Shown here: positions 1-12,328 of the stretch, piece after piece
Position numbering within the stretch: position 1 is the first letter of the stretch
Layout of the letters: each line of letters starts with the position of its first letter
Origin: an uncultured Candidatus Rokubacteria bacterium
GTDB taxonomy: Bacteria > Methylomirabilota > Methylomirabilia > Rokubacteriales > CSP1-6
Reading direction: 5' to 3'
Assembly (NCBI GenBank): GCA_963771355.1
Contig: CAVYTA010000005.1
Location: 64,001 to 128,000 of the forward strand
Length of the DNA stretch: 64,000 nt
Made by a program: the position numbers and the translations under genes
Notes under the pieces: generated by a model
Seen by the model: only the letters and a program-made list of their open reading frames with translations
Told to the model about the DNA's origin: nothing
Database searches by the model: none

Positions 1-764
1 GGGACTACGTGCGGTTCCTCCGGGGTGAGGTCGCGGGGGAGGAGGTCTTGTTCTCGCCGGCCCGATTCCGCCTGTGGATCGACTACTTCTCCAATGCCAA
101 CGGCCTCTATGCCGTGAACAACCGCGTCGGGGCCATCGCCGTGGCGGAGTGGCTGCCTCACCCCGGGGCCACCATTCTGGAGCTGGGCGGCGGGCTGGCG
201 AGCGCCGCGTGCGCGCTCCTGGAGGAATTCGCTGCCGCGGGTCGTCTCGGCGCGCTCGGCGCCTACCACTTCACGGAGCTGGTGCCGGCCTTCCTCCGCC
301 GCGGGCAGCAGACGCTCCAGGCACGGTTCCCCGATCTGCCCGGGCTCACGTTCGCCCCCCTGGACATGAACCGTCCATTCGAGCCGCAGGGCGTGGCGCC
401 CGGCAGCCGGTCCGTTGTCTACGCCGTCAACACCCTCCACGTGGCGCGCGATCTCTACTTCACGCTTGGCGAGATCCGTGACGCGCTCGCGCCGGGAGGG
501 CGTCTCGTCTTCTCGGAGTGCGTGCGCATGCAGCCGGGGCAGCCGCTCAACGCGGAGTTCATCTTCAACCTGATGGCGACCTTTCGGTCGCAGCGTCCTG
601 ACACACCCGGCCAGCCGCCGGCGGGGTTCTTGCTGCCGGGCCAGTGGAAGGCGACCCTGGAGACCGCCGGCTTCACCGACGTTCGTTTCTTGCCGGACGT
701 GCTGGCGTTCAGCGAGCGCTTCCCCCGCTTCCACGCCGCCGCCATCGGCGCGACACGCCCGTAG
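1..764 (+). CDS. Class I SAM-dependent methyltransferase (5' end outside window)
   Basis: ILELGGGLAS motif I, YHFTE, LDMN, VYAVNTLH, LAPGGRLVFSE; frame is open to the window edge. Confidence 0.8.
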   Translation, partial: DYVRFLRGEVAGEEVLFSPARFRLWIDYFSNANGLYAVNNRVGAIAVAEWLPHPGATILELGGGLASAACALLEEFAAAGRLGALGAYHFTELVPAFLRRGQQTLQARFPDLPGLTFAPLDMNRPFEPQGVAPGSRSVVYAVNTLHVARDLYFTLGEIRDALAPGGRLVFSECVRMQPGQPLNAEFIFNLMATFRSQRPDTPGQPPAGFLLPGQWKATLETAGFTDVRFLPDVLAFSERFPRFHAAAIGATRP

Positions 765-859
765 CGCACCGCGGCGGGATCGTCTTTCCCCACTCATCGA
801 GGGCCGATGTGGGCCCCGAGGACGGGGAAAGGTCAAGAACGGCGCGGGCCTGGTTGCGG

Positions 860-865
860 TAGAAT
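860..865 (+). promoter_or_regulatory. -10 box TAGAAT, probable leaderless promoter
   Basis: TAGAAT ends 9 nt before ATG 875; no SD motif. Confidence 0.5.
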
Positions 866-874
866 CCTACCGCC

Positions 875-1690
875 ATGCTCATCCGCTTGGCCGTCTTCTT
901 GGCCGTCTTCGCCATCGTGGCCCCGGTGGTGGTGGCCCTGATCGCCACCGGCCTCACGCGCGCGCTGGCCTCGGCGGCACCCCTGACGGCAGTCCTCCGG
1001 CGGCCCTCGCGGGGGCCCGCGCTGCGGTTCGGCGTCGATACCTTCGCCTTCCGGAACGACAGCCGCATCCATCATCGGGGCAAGCCCGACCTGTACGCGA
1101 ACTGGTGCTTCGTGATCGCGCGGGCGGTGGTCCAGTTCCAGCGCTTTGCCCGCTTCGAACCGGACGCGCCCCGCCTGACGCCCGCCGAGTACACCGCGCT
1201 CGTCCGTCGCATCACCCGGCGGCCGGCCTGGTGGACGCCGCTCCCGACCCACCGGCGCATCGTGGTGCCGGGCTTCGCCTCACTCCACGAGCTCACCCGC
1301 GACATGGAGAAGGCGGTGAAGGCCGGCCTCCGCGGGCGGCTGTGGACTCTCGTCCACTGGTCGAACTGGCGGATGGTCTTTCCTCACCCGCACGGTCAGC
1401 AGGAGCGGGTAGCCGCCGAGGCGGTCTCCGAGCTGCAGGGAGGGCGGCCGGTGCAGCTCTTCATCACGGACTTCCCCTGGATCAAGCTCAATCATTCGGT
1501 CCTGGCGTACGACTACACCGAGCGCGCGCCCGATATAGTGGACTTCGCCGTCTTCGACCCCAACGACCCCCAGGGGCCCGGCGTGGTTCGATTCGACTGT
1601 CGCGCGCAACGGTTCCGCCCCGCCCCCCTCTGCGGGGTGGCGGTGCCCCAGTTCCGGGCCTTCCGGCAGTACTGCTCTCCTCTCTACTGA
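875..1690 (+). CDS. Hypothetical membrane-anchored protein, possible papain-like Cys-His-Asp hydrolase
   Basis: N-terminal hydrophobic helix; NWCF ... NHSVLAY ... FDPND. Confidence 0.6.
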   Translation: MLIRLAVFLAVFAIVAPVVVALIATGLTRALASAAPLTAVLRRPSRGPALRFGVDTFAFRNDSRIHHRGKPDLYANWCFVIARAVVQFQRFARFEPDAPRLTPAEYTALVRRITRRPAWWTPLPTHRRIVVPGFASLHELTRDMEKAVKAGLRGRLWTLVHWSNWRMVFPHPHGQQERVAAEAVSELQGGRPVQLFITDFPWIKLNHSVLAYDYTERAPDIVDFAVFDPNDPQGPGVVRFDCRAQRFRPAPLCGVAVPQFRAFRQYCSPLY

Positions 1691-1718
1691 GCGGCGCCTT
1701 CGGCCAGAAAGGGATCCC

Positions 1719-2828
<1,110 letters not shown>

Positions 2829-2838
2829 GCTCGATGCT

Positions 2839-3654
2839 CTAGCCCGCGGTCCGCAGGCCGCTCAGCAGGTAGCGCTGCAGGAAGAAGACGAGCAGAAAGG
2901 TGGGCACCGAGACGAGTACCGCGGCGGCCATCACCATGCCCCAGTGCACGCCGGTCTGCTCCACGAAGCTGGCGAGGCCGACGGGCAGCGTGAACATCTT
3001 CCGGTCCGTCTGTAAGAGAAATGCGAAGGTGAAATCGTTCCAGGAGAGCGCGAAGGAGAAGATGGCCACCGAGAGGATGCCCGGCCGGGCCGAGGGCAGG
3101 CACACCTGGCGCAGGGCGCGCAGGCGGCTGGCGCCCGACACCCACGCCGCCTCCTCCAGCGACTGGGGCACGATCTGGAAGTACTGCCACATGAGCCAGA
3201 TGTTCAGCGGCAGGCTGATGGCCATGTGGGCCAGGATCAGACCGGTATACGTGTTCCGCATCTGGAGCGCGGAGAAGAGGATGTAGAGCGGGATGGCCAT
3301 CAGCATGGGCGGGAACATGTAGGAGAAGAGCGTGCCGAAGGCGAAGGTCTTCTTGCCCGGGAACGCGAAGCGGGTGAGGCCGTAGCCGGCCAAGGTCGCC
3401 GCAACCACATTGAGCACGATGGCGCCCACCGCCGCGATCAGGCTGTTCACGAAGTACCGGACGAACTCGGTGGCGAAGAGCAGCTCGCGGTAGTTGCCCA
3501 GCGAGAAGTCGAGGCGGAAGAACTGGTAGGGCGGCCGGAACAGGGCCTCCCTCGGCGTGAACGAGGTCAGCACCATCCAGTAGAACGGGAAGGCCACGAG
3601 CACCAGCACCACCAGCAACAGCGCGAACGGCCCGTAGATCTGCAGCCGGCTCAC
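2839..3654 (-). CDS. CUT1 ABC permease (MalG-like)
   Basis: SLEEAAWVSGAS EAA loop, SWNDF; GTG start overlaps upstream TGA (GTGA). Confidence 0.9.
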   Translation of the reverse strand: MSRLQIYGPFALLLVVLVLVAFPFYWMVLTSFTPREALFRPPYQFFRLDFSLGNYRELLFATEFVRYFVNSLIAAVGAIVLNVVAATLAGYGLTRFAFPGKKTFAFGTLFSYMFPPMLMAIPLYILFSALQMRNTYTGLILAHMAISLPLNIWLMWQYFQIVPQSLEEAAWVSGASRLRALRQVCLPSARPGILSVAIFSFALSWNDFTFAFLLQTDRKMFTLPVGLASFVEQTGVHWGMVMAAAVLVSVPTFLLVFFLQRYLLSGLRTAG

Positions 3655-4547
3655 CGCCCCACCTCGATCTCCTTGGTGGGGTCGAACAGCCTGAAGTAGA
3701 CGACCGCGCCCACCAGCAGCACCACGAACATCACGCTGCAGGCCGCCGCGGCCAGGCCGAAGTCGAACTCCTCGAAGGCCAGGCGGTAGGCGTAGAGCGG
3801 CAGCGTCTCCGTGTGCTTGAGGGGGCCGCCGTGGGTCACCAGCCAGATCGAGTCGAACTTGTTGAACATCCAGATGCCCCGGAGCAGGGCGATCACGATC
3901 AGCGTGGTGCGCAGGTTGGGCAGGGTGACGTCCCAGAAGGCGCGGAGGGTGCCGGCGCCCGAGACGGCAGCAGCCTCGTAGAGCTTGGGGTTGATCGCCT
4001 GCAGCCGGGCCAGGATCAGCAGGGTGGCGAAGGAGCCGTACTGCCAGCCCGCCATGCCGATGACCGACCACATGGCGGTGGCCAGGCCGCCGAAGAAGTT
4101 GATGGGCCGCGCGACCGCGCCGGTCTGCATCAGGATCTGGTTGACGACGCCGTACTCCTGCGAGAGCAGCCACTGGAAGATCAGCGCCACCACGATGGAC
4201 GGCAGCAGGTACGGCAGCACGAACAGGCTGCGCACGAAGTTGAGCCCGCGGAAGGCGCGGTTCAGCAGCAAGGCTGCGACGAGGCCCCAGACGAGCTGGA
4301 GCCCGACCGCGCCCAGCGTGAAGACCACCGAGCGCCAGAAGGCGTTCCAGAGCTCGGGCTCTTCCAGGATGTAGCGGTAGTTGGCCAGCCCGACCCACTT
4401 CATGGCCGGGTTGAAGGCGGTCTTCTTGAAGAAGCTGAGCATGACCGCGTACGCGATGGGCAGGTACGCGATCACCAGGAGGAAGACGAGGGCGGGGGCG
4501 GTGGTGCCGAAGATCCACGCGCGCCGTTCGGTCTGCGCGTTCTTCAT
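3651..4547 (-). CDS. CUT1 ABC permease (MalF-like)
   Basis: VGLANY, LYEAAAVSGA, THGGP. Confidence 0.92.
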   Translation of the reverse strand: MKNAQTERRAWIFGTTAPALVFLLVIAYLPIAYAVMLSFFKKTAFNPAMKWVGLANYRYILEEPELWNAFWRSVVFTLGAVGLQLVWGLVAALLLNRAFRGLNFVRSLFVLPYLLPSIVVALIFQWLLSQEYGVVNQILMQTGAVARPINFFGGLATAMWSVIGMAGWQYGSFATLLILARLQAINPKLYEAAAVSGAGTLRAFWDVTLPNLRTTLIVIALLRGIWMFNKFDSIWLVTHGGPLKHTETLPLYAYRLAFEEFDFGLAAAACSVMFVVLLVGAVVYFRLFDPTKEIEVGR

Positions 4548-4603
4548 CGGAGGGGGCCTCGACGGCCCCCTCCGACCTGCGGTTGCGCCGGCGAAGCCGG
4601 CGC
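4547..4603. repeat. REP-like double hairpin between SBP and permease genes
   Basis: TCGGAGGGGGCC-tcgac-GGCCCCCTCCGA (12-bp stem) and GCGCCGGC-gaa-GCCGGCGC (8-bp stem). Confidence 0.8.
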
Positions 4604-4627
4604 TCGACGGGGAACTCCTCAAGGGTA

Positions 4628-5947
4628 CTAGCCGGCCCGCCGCATCTTCTTGCGGACCTGGGCGGCAGCCTCGTCGACGACCGCGTCGGACTTCATGCCC
4701 TTGATGTTCCGCATCGCGAGCATCCAGCCGGCCAGATTCTCGTTGTGGAAGAGGCCGATGTGCTGGTTCAGCTCCTTGCCGTCCCAGTAGTAGAGCGGCA
4801 CGCCCTTGGTCCAGACGGAGTCGAGGAACTTCAGGACGTCCATCCGCTTCTGGATCACCGGGTTGTCCTGGTACTTGGCCGAGTGCAGCATTTGCCGGCT
4901 GGCCGGGATGATGTGCAGCGGCACCGCGTGATACCAGGAGATGACGTCGGGATGCTTCATGAAGAAGGTGACGTACTTCTTGGCGCCCTCCACGTTCGAC
5001 TTCTCCAGGATGTGGAAGCCCTGGATGGAGAGGTAGTAGGCTTCGGTCACCTTCTTCGGCAGCTCGAAGGGCACGGTGGCGTCGGCGATCTTGGGGTTGT
5101 TGGCGATGGTCTGGTCGAGCAGGCGCGAGCCCACGTACCAGGAGGTGGCCGCCTTCTCGGTGAAGTAAGTGGACATCAGCTCGCCCCAGTTGTAGGTGCT
5201 GGCCTCGGGCGAGAACTTGTGCAGCTCGTTGAGGTAGTCGAGCGTCTCGATGGCGCGCTTGCGCTGGTTGCCCTTATCGAGCGCCACTTCATATTCCTTC
5301 TTACCCGCGTTCCACTCGAACCAGTGCACGTCGTTCTTCATGAACATGGTCTCGAGCAGCAGGGTGGAGGCGCCGGTCTCCGCGGACGGTACGATGCAGC
5401 CGTACATGTTGGGCGGATCGTTCAGCGCCTTGGCCACTTTCAGGTAGTCGTCCCAGCTCTTGGGCGCCTCGAGCTTCTTCGCCTGGAAGAGGTCCTTGCG
5501 GTACCAGCCGTAGGTGAACTGCTGGCTGGTCGGGATCGAGCGGTCCGCGCCCTTGTAAACCATGCGGAGATTCTCGGCGGTGCCCCCGGTGGCCTTGAGC
5601 ACGTCACCCACGTCCGCGAGCTGGTTCTCCATCGCCAGGTTCATGGCCTGTCCGGCGCCGTACCAGACGATCTCGGGGGGAGTGCCGGCGGCGATCAGGG
5701 TAGCGACGCGCTTCGCGATGTTGGCGAAGCCCGGGTACTCCATCACCACCTCGATGCCGGTCTCCTTCTTGAAGTCCGCGTTGATCTTGTCGTAGACGGC
5801 GATGGCCTTCGGGTTCGACTCCTCGGATACGAACAGCACCTTGTTCTTGTCCTGGCCCCGGGCGCTGCGCACCAGCACCTGAGGCGCCACCGCGGCCGCG
5901 CCCGTGACGGCGGCGCCTTTCACGAACGTCCGGCGATCGATAGACAT
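4628..5947 (-). CDS. ABC extracellular solute-binding protein, Tat signal
   Basis: DRRTFVKG twin-arginine; WYRKDLF, PKSWDD. Confidence 0.92.
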   Translation of the reverse strand: MSIDRRTFVKGAAVTGAAAVAPQVLVRSARGQDKNKVLFVSEESNPKAIAVYDKINADFKKETGIEVVMEYPGFANIAKRVATLIAAGTPPEIVWYGAGQAMNLAMENQLADVGDVLKATGGTAENLRMVYKGADRSIPTSQQFTYGWYRKDLFQAKKLEAPKSWDDYLKVAKALNDPPNMYGCIVPSAETGASTLLLETMFMKNDVHWFEWNAGKKEYEVALDKGNQRKRAIETLDYLNELHKFSPEASTYNWGELMSTYFTEKAATSWYVGSRLLDQTIANNPKIADATVPFELPKKVTEAYYLSIQGFHILEKSNVEGAKKYVTFFMKHPDVISWYHAVPLHIIPASRQMLHSAKYQDNPVIQKRMDVLKFLDSVWTKGVPLYYWDGKELNQHIGLFHNENLAGWMLAMRNIKGMKSDAVVDEAAAQVRKKMRRAG

Positions 5948-5951
5948 GGCC

Positions 5952-7460
5952 TCATCCTCCTCGTGGTGTTGCGGGTTGGGCAGCCAGCGCGCGCGCCGTG
6001 AGCGCCGCGCGATCGATCTTGTTCGTCCCCGCCAGGGGTAGCTCGGGGACGAGGAATACGCGCCGCGGATGCTGGTACGCGGGGCCGTGGGCCAGGGCCC
6101 AGTCCTTCACCGCCTGCTCGGTGAGGCCGGAGCCGGCCCGCGCGACCACGAAGGCCACCGGCACCTGGCCCTTCAGCTCGTGATCCACCGGGAGCACCGC
6201 GGCCTGCAGCACGTCCGGATGGCGCTCCAGCGTGCCCTCGACGTCGCCCGGGTAGACGTTCTCGCCGCCGCAGACGAACATGTCGTCGGTGCGGCCCACG
6301 AAGTAGTAGAAGCCGTCGGCGTCGCGCCGGCAGACGTCGCTCGTATCGAACCAGCCGTCCTTCAGCCGCCGGGCCGTCTCCTCCGGCAGGTTGTGATAGG
6401 CCGCCATCACGCCCGGGTTGCGCGTGAGCAGCACACCCTCGTCGGGCCCGGGGTCAAGTCGGATCTCGCAGCCGGCCAGCGGGTAGCCGATCGAGGTAGC
6501 CGGGCGCGGCTTGCCCTCCGGGTGATTCGCGAACATCACCGGGCCCGCCTCGGTCACGCCGTAGCCGTTGGTGGCGACCGCGTTCGGGAACACGCGGTGA
6601 AGCGCCTCGAAGAGCGCGGGCGACGCGGGCGCGGAGCCCACGCCCACGTAGCGGACCGAGCTGACGTCGGTCCGCGCGAGGGCCGGGTCGTTGAGGATCA
6701 GGTGGAACATGGTCGGCACACCGGAGAGTCGGGTGACCTTGTAGCGGCCGATGGACTCCACGTAGAGGCGCTGGTCGAAGCGGGCCAGCAGGACGAGCGA
6801 AGAGCCCGCGGCCATGCCGACCTTGGTCCACACCAGCGCGTTCTTGTGGTAGAGCGGGGCGGCGACGAGGACGCGGTCGTCTGGCGTCATGCGGCGGGCC
6901 TTGACGAGCGCGTCGATCTGCCAGGCTTGGCCGGCGTGGGTGAGGAGCACGCCCTTCGGGCGGCCGGTGGAGCCGGAGGTGTAGGGCTGGAGGCAGACGT
7001 CGCCGGGCGCGGGCTCGACGGCGGCGAAGGGGCCGGGCTTGAGGAAGTCGGCGTAGCCGGTGTCGAAGTCCACCGTTGGGATGCCCGGCGGCGAGACCTT
7101 GCCGTGCGCGGCGTCGATGAACAGCAGCTTCAGGCCGGCGTCGCGGGCAATGAAGGCCAGCGCTTCCGCGGGGAGCTTGATGTTGAGCGGGACCGGGATG
7201 GCGCCGGCGCGCATTGTCCCGTAGAGGGCTTCGATGTACTCCGTACGGTTGAGGGCGAGGATGCCTACGCGGTCGCCGCGGGTCAGGCCGCGGGCGGTCA
7301 GGCCGGCGGCTACGGCGCGGCAGCGTGCGTCGAGGGCTTCGTAGGTGATCTCGCGGGGGGTATCCGGGCGCGAGAGATCTACGATCGCGATCCGCCCCTC
7401 ACCTTGCCCGCTCCCCTGAGGGGGTCGGGAGGAGGGCGCGATCAGCGTTCCGACGTTCAC
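5952..7460 (-). CDS. Class I adenylate-forming enzyme (acyl-CoA ligase)
   Basis: YTSGSTGRPKG, GYGVTE, GRTDD, NKIDR; GTG start inferred. Confidence 0.9.
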   Translation of the reverse strand: MNVGTLIAPSSRPPQGSGQGEGRIAIVDLSRPDTPREITYEALDARCRAVAAGLTARGLTRGDRVGILALNRTEYIEALYGTMRAGAIPVPLNIKLPAEALAFIARDAGLKLLFIDAAHGKVSPPGIPTVDFDTGYADFLKPGPFAAVEPAPGDVCLQPYTSGSTGRPKGVLLTHAGQAWQIDALVKARRMTPDDRVLVAAPLYHKNALVWTKVGMAAGSSLVLLARFDQRLYVESIGRYKVTRLSGVPTMFHLILNDPALARTDVSSVRYVGVGSAPASPALFEALHRVFPNAVATNGYGVTEAGPVMFANHPEGKPRPATSIGYPLAGCEIRLDPGPDEGVLLTRNPGVMAAYHNLPEETARRLKDGWFDTSDVCRRDADGFYYFVGRTDDMFVCGGENVYPGDVEGTLERHPDVLQAAVLPVDHELKGQVPVAFVVARAGSGLTEQAVKDWALAHGPAYQHPRRVFLVPELPLAGTNKIDRAALTARALAAQPATPRGG

Positions 7461-7468
7461 CCGCCTGG

Positions 7469-8452
7469 TCACGGGATGACGATGACTTTGCCGAAGACTT
7501 CGCGGTCCTGGAGTAGGCGCATGGCTTCGGCCGATTCGGCGAGGGGGAAGACGCGGTCGATGATGGGCTTGATGGTGCCGCGCTCGACCTCGATGAGGAG
7601 GGCTTCGAGGTCTTCGCGGGTCCAGCCGTTGGCGCCGATGATGTTGACCTCGCGGCGCCAGATGTAGCGGATGTCGGTCTTCGGATCGAAGCCGGCGGTG
7701 GCGCCGCAGGTGAGCAGGCGGCCGTGCGTGGCCAGGGTGCGCAGGCTCGGCACCCACGTGTCGCCGCCGGTGTAGTTCACGAGCACGTCCACGCCCTTCT
7801 TGCCCGAGATCTCCCACGCCTTCTTGGAGAAGTCTTCCTTCGTGTAGTCGATCACGTAATCCGCGCCCAGCTCCTTCAGGCGCCGGAGCTTGTCGGCGGA
7901 GGAAGCGCATGCGATCACCCGCGCCTTGAGGTTCTTGGCGATCTGCACGCAGCCGGTGCCGACGCCGCCGCTCGCACCCAGGATCAGCACCAGCTCGCCC
8001 CCTTGCAGCCTCCCGCGCGTGATCATCATTCTATAAGCGGTGCCGTAGGCGATGGGGAGCGACGCGGCCTGCTCGAAGGTGACCGCGTCGGGCATGTGGA
8101 TCAGGTTCTCGGCCTCGACCGCGATGCGCTCGCAGAGCCCGCCGTTGGCGTGTTCGCCCAGTGCGCCGCCCGGCTTGATGTGCGGGTCGATCAGCACGCG
8201 CCGGCCGACCCATTCGCGCCCCACCCCGGCGCCGACCGAATGCACCACGCCTGAAATGTCGCCGCCCGGGATGCGCGGCATGGTGACGGGCAGGCCGGGC
8301 ATGCCCTGGAGCACGAAGATGTCGAGGTAGTTGAGGCCGCAGGCCCTGACGGTGACCACCGCCTGGCCGGGCCCGGCGGCGGGCTCGGGCCAGTCCGTGC
8401 GGAGCCGGAGCTGGTCGAGGCCTCCGTGGGCGTCGATGGCGGCGGCGCGCAA
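7469..8452 (-). CDS. MDR-family oxidoreductase (quinone reductase-like)
   Basis: ACGLNYLD, GASGGVG, FGKVIV. Confidence 0.9.
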   Translation of the reverse strand: MRAAAIDAHGGLDQLRLRTDWPEPAAGPGQAVVTVRACGLNYLDIFVLQGMPGLPVTMPRIPGGDISGVVHSVGAGVGREWVGRRVLIDPHIKPGGALGEHANGGLCERIAVEAENLIHMPDAVTFEQAASLPIAYGTAYRMMITRGRLQGGELVLILGASGGVGTGCVQIAKNLKARVIACASSADKLRRLKELGADYVIDYTKEDFSKKAWEISGKKGVDVLVNYTGGDTWVPSLRTLATHGRLLTCGATAGFDPKTDIRYIWRREVNIIGANGWTREDLEALLIEVERGTIKPIIDRVFPLAESAEAMRLLQDREVFGKVIVIP

Positions 8453-8458
8453 TTGTTC

Positions 8459-9034
8459 TTATCTGGGGGGGAGCGGCGCCGCTCCTCCCCCAGACCCCCC
8501 CACCGCATTGCTTGTCCGGTGGGTGCTAGCTTCGGCGTGGTGGCCAGGGCGGCGCAGCTCGAAGCGGAAGTCGCAGTGCGAGGCGCCTTCCATCACGGTC
8601 TGCGTGCGCGTCAGCTTCACCGCGGGATTGAAGCCTTCCACCAGCGAGAAGTCGCGGTTGCAGGAGAGCAGCGCGCCGATCTCCGGGATGCCGAGCGCGC
8701 GGTACATCTCGGCGTAGCGACAGCGCGTGACGTTGAACGAGAGCTTCTCGTCGGTCTGCTCGAGCACGTCCATGCGGTAGGCGTCGCCCTTCTTCCAGTC
8801 CTCCAGCGCGCCCGCGAAGTGGGTGAGGCTGTCGCCACCCACGCGCCCCGCCAGCTCCTTGCCCTGGGCGCGCGCCACGTCGATGATCACCTGGCGCGCG
8901 GTCTCGAACACCTGCTCATGGCCGTACTGGGCGCCGAGCGCCTCCAGCACCGGCATCAGGATCCGCGCCTCGATCTCGCGGCGCTTGAGGACGCCGATCT
9001 CGTTCAGGTTGTCGGGAGGCATGGGGGGGCTCAT
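8459..9034 (-). CDS. L-2-amino-thiazoline-4-carboxylate hydrolase family protein
   Basis: RREIEARI, FNVTRCRYAEMY, LSCNRD, RTQTVMEGASHCDFRF. Confidence 0.85.
   Translation of the reverse strand: MSPPMPPDNLNEIGVLKRREIEARILMPVLEALGAQYGHEQVFETARQVIIDVARAQGKELAGRVGGDSLTHFAGALEDWKKGDAYRMDVLEQTDEKLSFNVTRCRYAEMYRALGIPEIGALLSCNRDFSLVEGFNPAVKLTRTQTVMEGASHCDFRFELRRPGHHAEASTHRTSNAVGGSGGGAAPLPPR
8462..8494. repeat. GC-rich palindrome overlapping the 3' end of the ATC-hydrolase gene
   Basis: GGAGCGGCGCCGCTCC perfect palindrome (8470-8485) flanked by TCTGGGGG / CCCCCAGA. Confidence 0.65.
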
Positions 9035-9045
9035 GGGGTCTCCTC

Positions 9046-9473
9046 TCAGGGCTTCCGCTCGGTCTCGTCGGCAGGCGGTCGCGGCGAAGCGTAACACGCG
9101 CGGCCGACGGCGACCAGCGTGCCCAGCGAGTCGCGGATCTCCACGTCGGCGACGCTGACCGTCCGGCCTACCCGCACCGTCTTGCCGACCGCGGTGAGGT
9201 CGCCCCGACGCGCCGGACGCAGGTAATCCACCCGCATGTCGATGGTCGGCACGCCCGGCGCGGTCTCGGTGATCACCGCGTAGTCGCCCGCGATGTCGGC
9301 CAGCGCGCTGACCACACCGCCGTGCAGCCAGTCGGAGCCGTCGTTGCGCAGGAACTCTTCCCGGTAGGGCAGGCGGATCTCGACCTTGCCCTTCTCGGCC
9401 TTGATGATCTCGAGACCGAGGAACCGCATGAACGGCGAGTGGCGGAAGCTCAGGTTGTCGACGTCCGGCCCGC

Positions 9474-9477
<4 letters not shown>
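9046..9477 (-). CDS. PaaI family hotdog thioesterase
   Basis: LHGGVVSALAD, TIDMRVDYLRP. Confidence 0.92.
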
Positions 9478-11006
<1,529 letters not shown>

Positions 11007-11014
11007 TCCGGCCG

Positions 11015-11043
11015 ATATTGCCTTCCCGCCCCGCGTCCGTCAA
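11015..11043 (-). promoter_or_regulatory. sigma70-type promoter TTGACG-N17-CAATAT (leaderless)
   Basis: -35 at 11043-11038, -10 at 11020-11015, ATG at 11006. Confidence 0.65.
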
Positions 11044-11073
11044 GACGGCGCCGGGCGTACCGTAGTAACGCCC

Positions 11074-11089
11074 GTTGAACCCGTTCAAC
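11074..11089. promoter_or_regulatory. Palindrome GTTGAAC-cc-GTTCAAC, candidate operator
   Basis: Perfect 7-bp inverted repeat 30 nt upstream of the -35 box. Confidence 0.45.
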
Positions 11090-11102
11090 CGCGGCGAGGG
11101 GG

Positions 11103-12281
11103 TCAGCGGACGTCGCCGCTGCTGACCCCTTTCCCAGCCGTCCTCTCCGGGGCCAGCTGCCATAGTTCCAGACTGCCGAGCTGAGCGATGCCGAGGGTCG
11201 TACCATCCTGACTGATTGACAGCGCGGAGACCGCCGCCGTTACCGGCACTTCGGCCACCACCTCACCAGTGCGGGCGCTGACGAGAGCGACGCCGGACGG
11301 TTTCAAATAGATCAGGTAAAGCTTCTGCCGGGTGGGGTACAGGTACACATGATTCGTTCCGGGCGCGGCCCTGACCCGTGCCTCACGCAGGACTTCAAAA
11401 CGTTGTCGTTCGGGGAAGAGCGTCGAAACGATCAGTGGCGTCCGGCCCTGCCGATCGGTGGTCGTGTGGCTGAAGGTAGAAACCGAACCGTCTTCGGCAA
11501 AGGCAACAAGGCGATCGGATGACCCGAGCGAAAACGGCTTGAGGGTTGATTCCTGTAGGCGCGTGCCATTGAGATCCCAAAGAACGAGTTGCCCGTCGGT
11601 ACGCACGGACAAGATCTGCGTTCCATCGGTCGAGAAGGAAGCGGTATCGAGCATCCATGACGGCCGGCCGTGGAGACGCAGGGTGAGACGCTCTTGCAGG
11701 CGCTCCCGCAGGGTCGTGGTCGCCCACGAGCGCAGCTGGCCTCCCGCCGAGTTACACAGAAGGATCTGGTGGTCATTGTCCTGGGAGCTCAGCGCCAGCA
11801 ACAGTCGTTCGTCGAAAGAAAAAGCCAAGGGCCGATAGTAGCTGGACGACGCCGCGCAAACCTTGGGGTTGGACCCGTCAAGGTCGCCGATCTTCAGGGT
11901 CGATTCCCCCTTTTCCGTCTGGGCAAAAGCCAGCCGCTTCCCGGAGGGGCTGAGCTTCATATGGACGTAGTGCAGCGATCGTGCCGGCAAGGCATCGAGC
12001 TCGGCGCCGGAAACGTAGTCGATCGCCCGGAACCCTCCGGCTCTCCCGAGTTCCCCCAGAAAGGTATAGGCCACCACGTGCGCGTCCGGATGAATCGTCA
12101 AGTGATTCACCTGATGCTGGATCGGGATACTTTTCAGGTGCCGGACGGTGGGCCCAGTGGTTGTGCTAGCTGCTTCCCGCGCATGCCCATGGCCGGAGAA
12201 CAGGACCACGAGCAAGGCGCACAGCACCAGGAGTGGGTGCATGGAGTAGGCGGCCTGATCTGGTCTTCGCCCGTCAGTCAT
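11103..12281 (-). CDS. Secreted WD40/TolB-like beta-propeller protein (start 12281 or 12242)
   Basis: Signal peptide; repeats LSPSGKRLAF, FSFDERLL, FSTDGTQI..LVLWD, ISQDGTTL..LELW. Confidence 0.75.
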   Translation of the reverse strand: MTDGRRPDQAAYSMHPLLVLCALLVVLFSGHGHAREAASTTTGPTVRHLKSIPIQHQVNHLTIHPDAHVVAYTFLGELGRAGGFRAIDYVSGAELDALPARSLHYVHMKLSPSGKRLAFAQTEKGESTLKIGDLDGSNPKVCAASSSYYRPLAFSFDERLLLALSSQDNDHQILLCNSAGGQLRSWATTTLRERLQERLTLRLHGRPSWMLDTASFSTDGTQILSVRTDGQLVLWDLNGTRLQESTLKPFSLGSSDRLVAFAEDGSVSTFSHTTTDRQGRTPLIVSTLFPERQRFEVLREARVRAAPGTNHVYLYPTRQKLYLIYLKPSGVALVSARTGEVVAEVPVTAAVSALSISQDGTTLGIAQLGSLELWQLAPERTAGKGVSSGDVR

Positions 12282-12328
12282 CGCGCCGGTCCGGGCAGGA
12301 GCGCAGCCGTTACCGCGCACGGGTGGGC

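Noticed and set aside
1..764. PKS/NRPS cluster suggested by a PKS-like methyltransferase
   Set aside because: No KS, ACP or condensation domains in the window; upstream context not visible
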